In this document: in pieces, positions 47,821 to 56,656 of the stretch
Numbering within the stretch: the stretch's first letter is position 1
Layout of the letters: each line of letters starts with the position of its first letter
Assembly: GCA_963932905.1 (NCBI GenBank)
Contig: CAWVRN010000019.1
Location: forward strand, 1 to 64,000
From: an uncultured Bdellovibrio sp.
GTDB lineage: Bacteria; Bdellovibrionota; Bdellovibrionia; Bdellovibrionales; Bdellovibrionaceae
Length of the DNA: 64,000 nucleotides
Direction: 5' to 3'
Translations under genes and position numbers: made by a program
The notes under the pieces: model-generated
Seen by the model: only the letters and a program-made list of their open reading frames with translations
Told to the model about the DNA's origin: nothing
Database searches by the model: none

Positions 47821-49919
47821 TGTCATCCTTACGAATCAAACAAAACGGAAAATTAGTAAAAGAAATTATCTTGGACGAAGCCAAGAGCTATCTAGCAGGC
47901 CGCAAAGAAGGCGCTGATATCTATATGGAAGCCGCTAAGGCAATTTCCAGAGAACATTTTATTTTAAAATTTGATCAAGCCTGGACGGTTGAAGTGCTGT
48001 CCCGTTTTGGCGATATCCAGTTTAACAATGACCGCGTTCGTCAGTTTACACTGCAAGAAGATTCTGTTTTCAGTATCTATCCCTATGATTTTGAATTTAT
48101 TAAAGAAGATCCTAAAGTTATCGCTGCATCACAACCGATGCCGAACGATTTACCTATAATGGCCGCTGAAGAAAACATGATTGTTGGTGATGCCGACGAG
48201 TTTGAAAAAACGCGTGTCGGTGGCGTGTCCTTTGTGCCGCATATTCAGTTCATGGATGAGAATCAGTTTCTAGGAAGCTTAGTCGTTTTGCCTGAACAAA
48301 ATGAATGGATTGCTGGTCGTGAAACATCGTGTGAAATTATTATAAATGATCACCGAGTTAGCCGTAAACAATTTAAAATTGCTCGTGAAGGTAACTCCTA
48401 TTTCATTGTCGATCTGGGAAGTGTGAATGGCACTTCACTGAATTCAAAAATTCTTACCCCTAATGAATCGGTTCCAATCAGAAGTGGAGATCGCATCCAA
48501 GTATTAGATACTTTGATGATGTTTGAGCTCAAGAATAAAGACTTTGATAACGAACTTAAGAAAATCCAAGACGCCAATATGCAGAATCCTGAGCATACTA
48601 ATTTACCGGCGCTTCATACGGGTGTGAGTATTGCTCATACTCAAGCGACTCAGAATTCGTTAGTTCACTACACTTCAGAGCAAGCGCCATTGCCGTCTTT
48701 ATATCAAAACCAAAATCAAGGTCTAGCTCCCTATGTAGAACAGAATGGCCTTAATTATAACTATCAACAAGCTCCGATGCCCGAGGGTGAGTACGAAGAG
48801 TACGATGATTCTGGCGCGGACAAAAAGAAGCAAATACGTTTGCTCTTGGTTGCAGCGGTTGTTCTGGTTTTCATGTTTGTGGGGTATAGTGAATTTTTGG
48901 CGCCTAAGAAGCCGGTGAAGACTGCAAATCCAAACGACCCTTTTAGTAAATTGTCCTCAAGCGAGCTATCTCTATTAAAACAAAGTTATGAAATTGCGAC
49001 CGATTACTATTTTAAAAAATCATTTCAATTATCTTATGATGAAGCTCAAAAGATCATAAAAAAATTGGAAGACACAGGTATTCAATATAAGAAAACTAAA
49101 TTTGGTTTAGAAGTGGATGATCTATTAAAAAATGCAACGATAGCCATTGAAGCACAACGTGAAATTGATCGTCATAATAAAGAAATGGAAGTTAAGCAGA
49201 AGCAGGATCAAATCGTTTCGACTGTTTACAACGAATGCGAAAAAAAACTGGGTTCCAATCCGGAAATGACGTTAGCCGAATACGACGAATGTGCACGTGA
49301 AGCTGTGATGATTAATCCAGAGCATCCCCAGCGACAATCGGCCGTACTTAAAATTCAAGCGCATATCGAAGAAAAAAATCGTAAGGCGGCTGAACAGAAA
49401 AATTACCGCGAACGTGTAGCTAAACTAAAATCAATTTACGATCGTGCGTATTCGTCGGAAAAAAGTGGAAATTTACTGCAGGCTATTGATGAATATAAAG
49501 TTGTCTTGAAGCAAGACCTGCCAGATCCAGAAGAACTAAAAGATATTTCACATAGAAAAATCGCTTCGATTCAAAAAATGATTTCGACGAAATCTACTAA
49601 ATTTGTCGACGACGCGGAAAAATTTGCTAGTCAGAAAAAATATAAAGAGGCGATCGATCAATTTAGAAAGGCTCAAAAGGTAAATCCTATAGATAGTAGC
49701 TTCGAAGATCGCATCGCCAGCCTTAAACGTGATTTAGCGAAGGAAATCAAACCCATTTGGGACGAATCTGTGATTGAGGAGCAGTACAATCAAGTGGAAT
49801 GTATGGAAAATAAGTCGTGCGCCATCAAAAAATGGAAAGAAATTCTAGAAATGGACGTAAGAGATGGTGAGTATTATTCCAAAGCCCTAGTAAAGTTAAA
49901 AAAATATGGGGCTCATTAG
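47820..49919 (+). CDS. Tandem-FHA membrane protein with a C-terminal TPR-like region
   Basis: AGR...SREH and AGR...SRKQ...SVNGT; one TM; TPR-like YKEAIDQFRKAQKVNP. Confidence 0.8.
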   Translation: MSSLRIKQNGKLVKEIILDEAKSYLAGRKEGADIYMEAAKAISREHFILKFDQAWTVEVLSRFGDIQFNNDRVRQFTLQEDSVFSIYPYDFEFIKEDPKVIAASQPMPNDLPIMAAEENMIVGDADEFEKTRVGGVSFVPHIQFMDENQFLGSLVVLPEQNEWIAGRETSCEIIINDHRVSRKQFKIAREGNSYFIVDLGSVNGTSLNSKILTPNESVPIRSGDRIQVLDTLMMFELKNKDFDNELKKIQDANMQNPEHTNLPALHTGVSIAHTQATQNSLVHYTSEQAPLPSLYQNQNQGLAPYVEQNGLNYNYQQAPMPEGEYEEYDDSGADKKKQIRLLLVAAVVLVFMFVGYSEFLAPKKPVKTANPNDPFSKLSSSELSLLKQSYEIATDYYFKKSFQLSYDEAQKIIKKLEDTGIQYKKTKFGLEVDDLLKNATIAIEAQREIDRHNKEMEVKQKQDQIVSTVYNECEKKLGSNPEMTLAEYDECAREAVMINPEHPQRQSAVLKIQAHIEEKNRKAAEQKNYRERVAKLKSIYDRAYSSEKSGNLLQAIDEYKVVLKQDLPDPEELKDISHRKIASIQKMISTKSTKFVDDAEKFASQKKYKEAIDQFRKAQKVNPIDSSFEDRIASLKRDLAKEIKPIWDESVIEEQYNQVECMENKSCAIKKWKEILEMDVRDGEYYSKALVKLKKYGAH

Positions 49920-50590
49920 TGAAACTTCAAGAACGTAATTATAGCACCAAGGTCATCCGTCCTAAACCTACAGTATTTCATAGCCCTGATCTGAACATGA
50001 TTGTGGTTATGACCTGCTGGGGGGAGAGTAGTTTCAAGGATCGTATTTTTGAGGAAATTCAAAAGTTCGTATTTGCTGCAGAAGGTGACGTGGAAGTAAC
50101 GTCGCCGTTCGAGATGAACACATATTTATCACGCAATTGTAACTTTCTAAGAATGTGTACACTGCTTATCAATGATTTGATTTATCGAGGCGAAAACCGT
50201 GATAATTACAAGTCTTGTTATGAACTAACAATTCTGTACAAAAAAGAAAACAAGTTTAGTTGGGTGCAGGTAGGGTCACCTAATATGTATTTGTTTAAAG
50301 ATAGATTGATCCCGTTAAGCGTATCTTTGCCATTGGCTCATTCCATGACACCGAATGCGTTGCCATTGCCTCAGCAGTATTTGGGTACGGAAATGCATTG
50401 CCATTTTCAGCTTGGGGAGATTGTAGTGGATTCAAATCAAAAGGTTCTTTTGTTTAGTGATACAAGTTTATACCAAGATACTTGGGCATTGAGCGCCGCT
50501 GATTTTAATTTAGATAGATTAATGAAAAATCAAATTCAGTTGGATCCCGAATCGCCGTTTTGGATGGCGATGATAGATTTTAAAGACTGA
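49919..50590 (+). CDS. Degenerate PP2C/SpoIIE-like protein
   Basis: WVQVGSPNMYL resembles HVGDSRxYL; LLFSDT resembles LLCSDG. Confidence 0.5.
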   Translation: MKLQERNYSTKVIRPKPTVFHSPDLNMIVVMTCWGESSFKDRIFEEIQKFVFAAEGDVEVTSPFEMNTYLSRNCNFLRMCTLLINDLIYRGENRDNYKSCYELTILYKKENKFSWVQVGSPNMYLFKDRLIPLSVSLPLAHSMTPNALPLPQQYLGTEMHCHFQLGEIVVDSNQKVLLFSDTSLYQDTWALSAADFNLDRLMKNQIQLDPESPFWMAMIDFKD

Positions 50591-52209
50591 TATAAATAAT
50601 TCTGTATCGAACTAATTTTCAAATTTTGGATAGGAATAAAATCCAATCCCAGTTTTGCATTTTCTAAATGAACTTTTTTAAGTATGGAATAGATCGCCAA
50701 GTTCTTTTGAAAGTACAATCGCAATTCTTTGTCAGACGGTTGCTTTAAAATATATTGGTTAAACAGAAACTGTGCTTTTTTACTTTTACATTTCTTAAGA
50801 AAATCATTTTTTAAGGCTTTGCTGAAATAGGCAAAACAAGGATTTTCCTGCAAATTGTATTTCGAAATAAGCAATCTTGTTTCGTTCGCCGACAGTTCTA
50901 GATTCTTGTTTAAAATATAGTGGTAGTCAAAGAATTCACTCGTCTGTTCTGTCAGGGTTTGCTTTGTAAATAAGGCTTCGTTGTCGGTGACCAGGCGATG
51001 GAATTCAGGTGTGGCAACAAACGGGCTAAAGTTTTTAGAGGCTAATACTTGCAGATACAAATCAACTTGGGAACGGTTTGCGCCGTTAATAGGCTGTGGT
51101 GATTTTTCTAAATTATCCGTCAGTTTGTTATACAATTTTGGCGATTTATCGTTAATAAATAAGTATGAGTTATCAAGTACTGCAGAACGAATATTTCCGA
51201 CTTGCTGCCATTTGGGCCATGCAGATTCGATCACGATAAGTTCCGGGTTTAACTTTTTCTCTTCTTCCATTTCTGCTTCGCTAAAATTGGAAAAATTGGT
51301 TTCATGCCCTTCGGGTCCTTTGAAAGTATTGAACAACATTTGCCCGATGTCTTTTAGTGATAGAACGATGCTGATTGAATTTGGCTTTGTATTTATCTTA
51401 TTGTTCTTGAAGTCTTTGAAGAACATGGCGACTTGCGAATTTCCGCTATTAAGATTGATAACAGAAGGATCGTTTTCTGGGTCATTTGCAATGTGACCAT
51501 TTAATCCCACCAAAATAATTTTTGTATTATCCCAAATTTCTAATTTTTTTAGTTCTTGGAAAAAATTAAATAATTTTTCATCAAATGCCTCTAGTTGACT
51601 TTCATAAGACAAATTTCGAATCTCGCCCAAATCAGATTGGGTTTCTTTAAATGGATATTTCAAATCGCCCAATTGGACCACGGCTACAAACGGTTTTGAA
51701 TCAACGTCTTTAATATAATCCAAAGTTAAGCGCAAAGAATCTTGGAAATTACGGTTGCCGATTTCGGGATTGATATTATCGTCAAAAATTTCAAATCCTT
51801 GTGAAATGCCAGCTTTGCGGAAAAATGGTGGTGAGCTAGAAACAAAAACGGTGCGGTAACCCAAGTTCAAAGCCATTTCGGGAAATGTCTTGAATTCTGG
51901 AGTTAGTGAATTATGTGAGTTAAATCTAACATTGTGACTGTATGGATATAGTCCCGTCAGCAGCGATGCAAATGCCGGTAGCGATTGTACTGAAGGTGTA
52001 TAAGTTTGGGTGAAACGATAAAATTCAGAACACAGAATTTCGAAACCAGATCTTTTGGAAAAAGTATCCGACTCATGACAATTAATGGCCTTACTATTTA
52101 GTTTTTCAGTCGCAATAACGATATAGTTTGGTTGCAAGCTATTCTTGCACGACGTAGCAGATAGTATAACAACTACCGATGTGATTAGGACCAAAATCAC
52201 CTTGACCAT
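50536..52209 (-). CDS. Sulfatase/alkaline-phosphatase superfamily lipoprotein
   Basis: Lipobox ATSC; YTPSVQSLPAFASLLTGLYP; GISQGFEIFDD; start set at ATG 52209. Confidence 0.75.
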   Translation of the reverse strand: MVKVILVLITSVVVILSATSCKNSLQPNYIVIATEKLNSKAINCHESDTFSKRSGFEILCSEFYRFTQTYTPSVQSLPAFASLLTGLYPYSHNVRFNSHNSLTPEFKTFPEMALNLGYRTVFVSSSPPFFRKAGISQGFEIFDDNINPEIGNRNFQDSLRLTLDYIKDVDSKPFVAVVQLGDLKYPFKETQSDLGEIRNLSYESQLEAFDEKLFNFFQELKKLEIWDNTKIILVGLNGHIANDPENDPSVINLNSGNSQVAMFFKDFKNNKINTKPNSISIVLSLKDIGQMLFNTFKGPEGHETNFSNFSEAEMEEEKKLNPELIVIESAWPKWQQVGNIRSAVLDNSYLFINDKSPKLYNKLTDNLEKSPQPINGANRSQVDLYLQVLASKNFSPFVATPEFHRLVTDNEALFTKQTLTEQTSEFFDYHYILNKNLELSANETRLLISKYNLQENPCFAYFSKALKNDFLKKCKSKKAQFLFNQYILKQPSDKELRLYFQKNLAIYSILKKVHLENAKLGLDFIPIQNLKISSIQNYLYQSLKSIIAIQNGDSGSN

Positions 52210-52268
52210 AAAGTAGCACCCCGACACAATAACTCTATCCAATTTGTCTTTCCGAAGGAAGGTAAACA

Positions 52269-52898
52269 GTGCTAACCGAAAAAATTTTTGCAGTAGCTCA
52301 CGTCATCGACCAGGTTCTTTTGTGGATTCTTGTATTTTTAAGTTTTTTAAGTCTAGGTATGATCTTAGAGAGATTTTTTAATTTGCGTAAAGTTTCGAAA
52401 GAATCAAACCGCGTTCGTATTCAAATTAAAAATTCACTTCAAAATCATCAAACTGAATTTTTCGAAGATCTAGCTCGCGATCCTTTGTCATTTGAAGGTC
52501 GCATGGCTAATTACGCTCTGAAGCACATCAAAGAAAGTGGTTCAAAAGGTCTGGAAGAATTTTTCAATACAAACATCTTAACGATGAAACCGGAACTGGA
52601 TCGTTTCTTGGGATTCTTGGCAACGGTAGGATCGAATGCGCCTTATTTGGGTCTACTGGGTACGGTTCTTGGTATCATGAAAGCGTTTAATGATTTGGCT
52701 CAATCGCCAGAAGCAGGTCAGCAAACAGTGATGGCGGGTATCTCGTTAGCTTTAGTTGCGACTGCTGCGGGTCTATTTGTTGCGATTCCAGCAGTTATCG
52801 GTTTCAACTTTTTTGGTAAGCAAGTTAAAGGCATCGTTCAAAGTTTAGAATCAGTTAAAGAACTTGGTCTAAGTTACGCTAAGAAAAAAGGTTTATAA
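52269..52898 (+). CDS. ExbB/TolQ family proton-channel protein
   Basis: LATVGSNAPYLGLLGTVLGIMKAF, ALVATAAGLFVAIPA. Confidence 0.92.
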   Translation: MLTEKIFAVAHVIDQVLLWILVFLSFLSLGMILERFFNLRKVSKESNRVRIQIKNSLQNHQTEFFEDLARDPLSFEGRMANYALKHIKESGSKGLEEFFNTNILTMKPELDRFLGFLATVGSNAPYLGLLGTVLGIMKAFNDLAQSPEAGQQTVMAGISLALVATAAGLFVAIPAVIGFNFFGKQVKGIVQSLESVKELGLSYAKKKGL

Positions 52899-53299
52899 TG
52901 GCTGTGAAATTTAGTGACGATGAACCATTATCAGAAATTAATGTCGTCCCTCTAGTCGACATTATATTGGTTGTTTTGATTATCTTCATGGTAACGGCAC
53001 CGATGTTTATGAAACCGTCTATTAACGTAAATCTTCCTAAAGCAGCATCAGGCGATCAAACTCAACCAGGCCAATTGAATATTTCTATCACCGCTGACGG
53101 TCGCCTAAATTTGAATGGCTCGTTCGCCAGTGAAGAAGCGGTTGGTAAAAAAGCCAAGGAACTTTTTGATGCCAATCCGGACGTGCAAGCTGTGATTTCC
53201 GCAGACAAAGAAGTGGCCCATGGTCGAGTCGTCGGAGTGATGGACGTCGTGAAATCGGCTGGCGTTAAGAAATTCGCGATCTCAATCGACAAAAAATAA
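52898..53299 (+). CDS. ExbD/TolR family protein
   Basis: EINVVPLVDIILVVLIIFMVTAP, VNLPKA, ISADK. Confidence 0.92.
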   Translation: MAVKFSDDEPLSEINVVPLVDIILVVLIIFMVTAPMFMKPSINVNLPKAASGDQTQPGQLNISITADGRLNLNGSFASEEAVGKKAKELFDANPDVQAVISADKEVAHGRVVGVMDVVKSAGVKKFAISIDKK

Positions 53300-53398
53300 A
53301 GTCATTTTGCAAGGCTAAGGTTTAGGGCGCGCATACGATGCCTATTTTTTGACGGTTCTTGGCCTAGTCGACTCTTACAAACAACACCAAATAAGCAC

Positions 53399-53425
53399 TA
53401 AATCCTGTCAAAATTTTGCCGATCG
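53399..53425 (+). promoter_or_regulatory. sigma28 (FliA)-type promoter
   Basis: TAAA-N15-GCCGATCG, 6 nt before ATG 53432. Confidence 0.65.
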
Positions 53426-53431
53426 TATGGT

Positions 53432-53911
53432 ATGCGATTTTTACTGGCAAACGGATTTATATTTTTAGCAATGACTGGGGTATTGTACTTTCAGTATTTC
53501 TATCAATCGCCAAATGCATCTGTCGCCATCGCGTCCACCGGAAAACTACGGACCCCGGCGGCTACATCCGGCGATCTGCCTTCAGTCGTTGAGTCAAAAT
53601 CACTTAAAGATAAAAAACCGGTCGATTTGGATTGGAAGTTTAACCTATCCTGCAAGGATTCCGAAAAAGAAGTCGCACATTCCAAAGAGTCTGTGATTCT
53701 GGATCTCGAAAAATGTGGTAAAGAGTTTCCAAAGGACATAGTCATTGAAAATCAGTCCAACGGATTCACGGCCTCGGTATTTGCCATTAGTGCTTCGAAT
53801 GCAAAGACAGATTCTATCCCTCTAAAAAAGGGCAAAAATATTGTCGTCATCAGATACATCCTTTCAAAAACCAAAGCCGAAATAGTTGAAAAACTCAGCA
53901 TTCAGCGCTAG
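53432..53911 (+). CDS. Hypothetical membrane-anchored protein
   Basis: N-terminal TM, RTPAA linker, beta-rich C-terminus (IPLKKGKN). Confidence 0.7.
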   Translation: MRFLLANGFIFLAMTGVLYFQYFYQSPNASVAIASTGKLRTPAATSGDLPSVVESKSLKDKKPVDLDWKFNLSCKDSEKEVAHSKESVILDLEKCGKEFPKDIVIENQSNGFTASVFAISASNAKTDSIPLKKGKNIVVIRYILSKTKAEIVEKLSIQR

Positions 53912-53989
53912 TTACCTGGCGTAACGCTATCAGTTAAAAAATGGGACTTATAGATTGAGAAATAGGATCGAATCTCTTATGTTGGGCTC

Positions 53990-54664
53990 ATGCAGGGTAC
54001 GTCAAAAGAAGGTTCCGTCTCTAAAATTGTAGCTCAAGAAAGCTTTAAGAAAAAATCAGACGTGCATTTAGCTCGAAAAGTTTGGCATATCAGCGGTGTG
54101 ATGCTGCTTTTTATCGGTTACGAAATTTTTCCTGAAATGGCTTCTAAGGTTGGAATTTTATTACTGTTTTGTCTGTTTGTAGGTCTCGACCTTTACCGTC
54201 TAAGAAATAGCAATTTTAACGTTTTAATTACTCATTATTTACGTCCGATCATGCGCCAAAGTGAAATTGATCATTTGGCCGGCACCACATATTTGATGGC
54301 TGGCGTGGCCATATTGATTCATTTTTTTGATCCTATCATTGTGAAACTAAGCCTGATTTTTTTAGCCCTAGCGGACCCGTTCGCCAGCTACTTTGGCATT
54401 CGTTATGGAAAAGACAAAATTTGGGGTGAAAAGACTCTGCAGGGTTTCTTGGCGGGGTTTTTCGTATGCTCTGGCTGCAGTTTCTTGTTCTTGTATTTGC
54501 ATGATTATAATTTATGGCGAGCCGTGGTTGTCAGTTTCATCGGGGGCCTAATCGGCTCTTTGGCGGAACTGATCCCAATAGCTAAACTGGATGATAATTT
54601 GACTATCCCTGTAGCCAGCGGACTCGGTTTATCATTAGTTTTTTACATCTTCGGTTTTTTATAA
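53990..54664 (+). CDS. CTP-dependent dolichol/phytol/diacylglycerol kinase family membrane protein
   Basis: ARKVWH, ADPFASYFG, KTLQG, DDNLTIP. Confidence 0.85.
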   Translation: MQGTSKEGSVSKIVAQESFKKKSDVHLARKVWHISGVMLLFIGYEIFPEMASKVGILLLFCLFVGLDLYRLRNSNFNVLITHYLRPIMRQSEIDHLAGTTYLMAGVAILIHFFDPIIVKLSLIFLALADPFASYFGIRYGKDKIWGEKTLQGFLAGFFVCSGCSFLFLYLHDYNLWRAVVVSFIGGLIGSLAELIPIAKLDDNLTIPVASGLGLSLVFYIFGFL

Positions 54665-54677
54665 CACAGAGGTAGCC

Positions 54678-55526
54678 ATGGCGACGGAACAAAACAATAC
54701 CACAGGACGAATGGATCAAATGGAAGCTCCCGAAAAACCACTTAGAATGTATATTTATATCCTGCCTAACTTAGTAACCACATGTAATATTTTTTGTGGT
54801 TTCTTTGCGATGATCTACACCCTCAAGCAAAACTACTTATATGCCGCTTACGCCATCGTCGTAGCTGCCATTTTCGATACCTTAGATGGGCGTTTGGCGC
54901 GGTTAACTCGCTCGACAAGCAAGTTTGGCGCCGAATACGATTCACTTTGTGATGTAGTCAGTTTCGGTGTGGCTCCGGCTTTATTGATGTTCAATTGGGC
55001 CCTTCAACCATTTGGTCGATTAGGCTGGATGGCGTGTTTCTTATTTGTGGCTTGCGGAGCTATTCGGTTAGCGCGATTCAATGTTCAAGTGAACATTGTT
55101 GAAAAAAACTATTTCCAGGGTCTACCCATTCCCATGGCCGCAGGTATCGTGGCATCGGCAGTTTTAGCTTTTCACGAACTAGAATTAGATGCTTGGGGTA
55201 ATATCCTTCTGTTGTGTATGACAATTCTTTTGGCGTTCGTAATGGTAAGTAATTTCCGTTACCGCAGTTTCAAGGATCTAGATTTAAAAGAACGTATGCC
55301 TTTCCACTACTTAATCGTTGGTGTAAGTATTCTATTTGTTGTTCTTCTTCATCCTGAGGTGATGCTGTTTATCCTATTCTTGTCGTACGCGACACTGGGC
55401 GCGGTTTTCGGGATCTTTAAGCTGGGCAAAAATGTTCGTAAAATTAAATCGTCGGTGTATGCGCCGGCGAAAGTCGTTGATGACCATGATTTGATCGAAG
55501 ACGACGACGAACCGGAAACTAAATAG
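54678..55526 (+). CDS. pssA: CDP-diacylglycerol--serine O-phosphatidyltransferase
   Basis: LPNLVT, DTLDGRLAR...FGAEYDSLCDVVSFGVAP, RLARFN, FQGLPIP. Confidence 0.93.
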   Translation: MATEQNNTTGRMDQMEAPEKPLRMYIYILPNLVTTCNIFCGFFAMIYTLKQNYLYAAYAIVVAAIFDTLDGRLARLTRSTSKFGAEYDSLCDVVSFGVAPALLMFNWALQPFGRLGWMACFLFVACGAIRLARFNVQVNIVEKNYFQGLPIPMAAGIVASAVLAFHELELDAWGNILLLCMTILLAFVMVSNFRYRSFKDLDLKERMPFHYLIVGVSILFVVLLHPEVMLFILFLSYATLGAVFGIFKLGKNVRKIKSSVYAPAKVVDDHDLIEDDDEPETK

Positions 55527-55605
55527 GTTTTGACAGAAGCGCTTAAAAAAGCAAATTATGTCCTGGTTGATTTTTTAATAAAAGACAGCTTAACCAGGAC
55601 TATCT

Positions 55606-56625
55606 ATGAGAAAATTAAAAGTTGGTGTCGTTGGCGCGACCGGTATGGTCGGCCAAGTGTTTATGAATTTACTAGAGGAAAGAAATTTTCCTTTAACGGA
55701 GCTTCGTCCGTTTGCCAGTGAATCGTCTTTAGGTAAGAAAATTAAGTGTCAAAATAAAGAATGGACGTGCGAAGTTTTAAAACCAAACTGCTTCGACGGT
55801 TTAGATATCGTATTTTTTTCTTCAGGTGATGACATTTCTAAAGAGTGGGCTCCAGAAGCCGTGAAATCGGGTGCGTACGCGATAGATAACTCGGCCGCAT
55901 TTAGAATGAGTCCCGAGCATGCCCTGGTCGTTCCTGAGGTAAATGGAGATCTTGTTGAGAAGATGGATCGTCCTCAAGTGATTGCCAATCCAAACTGTTC
56001 AACCATTCAATTAGTTGTAGCGCTAAAACCCCTGCAAGAAAAATTTGGTGTGGAGGAAGTTCGTGTCAGCAGTTACCAAGCGGCCAGTGGTGCGGGATTG
56101 CCGGCCTATAATGAATTATTAGATCAAGCGGCTGATTATAAAAATCCAAATCCTAAGCCGGTGAATTTCGTACATCCTCTATTGTTCAACGTAATTCCTC
56201 AGATCGGTTCATTCGATGAGGAAGGCTTCACCAGCGAAGAAAAGAAAATCCAAAACGAAACTAAAAAGATTTTACGTCAGTCGAATATGAAAGTATCTGC
56301 CTTCGCTGTTCGCGTGCCAGTATTAAATGGCCATAGCGAAAGTGTATGGGTGACTTTAAACAAAGAAGTTAGCCGTGATGAGATCGTTAGAGCCATGTCC
56401 TCAATGGAAGGTCTTGTCGTGCAAGACGAGCCAAAGAAAAGTGTATACCCGATGCCGAGAGATGTATCTGGCAAGGATCCTGTGTATGTGGGACGTATTC
56501 ATCGTGACCCCGAAAATAAGAAAATGTGGTTGATGTGGGTGGTTTCAGATAACATAAAAAAAGGCGCCGCTTTAAATGGTATTCAGATCGCCGATTTGTT
56601 AATTAAAAACGCATTAAAAGGTTGA
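55606..56625 (+). CDS. asd: Aspartate-semialdehyde dehydrogenase
   Basis: VGATGMVG, DNSAAFR, ANPNCST, VRVPVLNGHSE, DNIKKGAALN. Confidence 0.96.
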   Translation: MRKLKVGVVGATGMVGQVFMNLLEERNFPLTELRPFASESSLGKKIKCQNKEWTCEVLKPNCFDGLDIVFFSSGDDISKEWAPEAVKSGAYAIDNSAAFRMSPEHALVVPEVNGDLVEKMDRPQVIANPNCSTIQLVVALKPLQEKFGVEEVRVSSYQAASGAGLPAYNELLDQAADYKNPNPKPVNFVHPLLFNVIPQIGSFDEEGFTSEEKKIQNETKKILRQSNMKVSAFAVRVPVLNGHSESVWVTLNKEVSRDEIVRAMSSMEGLVVQDEPKKSVYPMPRDVSGKDPVYVGRIHRDPENKKMWLMWVVSDNIKKGAALNGIQIADLLIKNALKG

Positions 56626-56656
56626 AAATAGGGGTCAATAGTGTTGCCATATTAGT

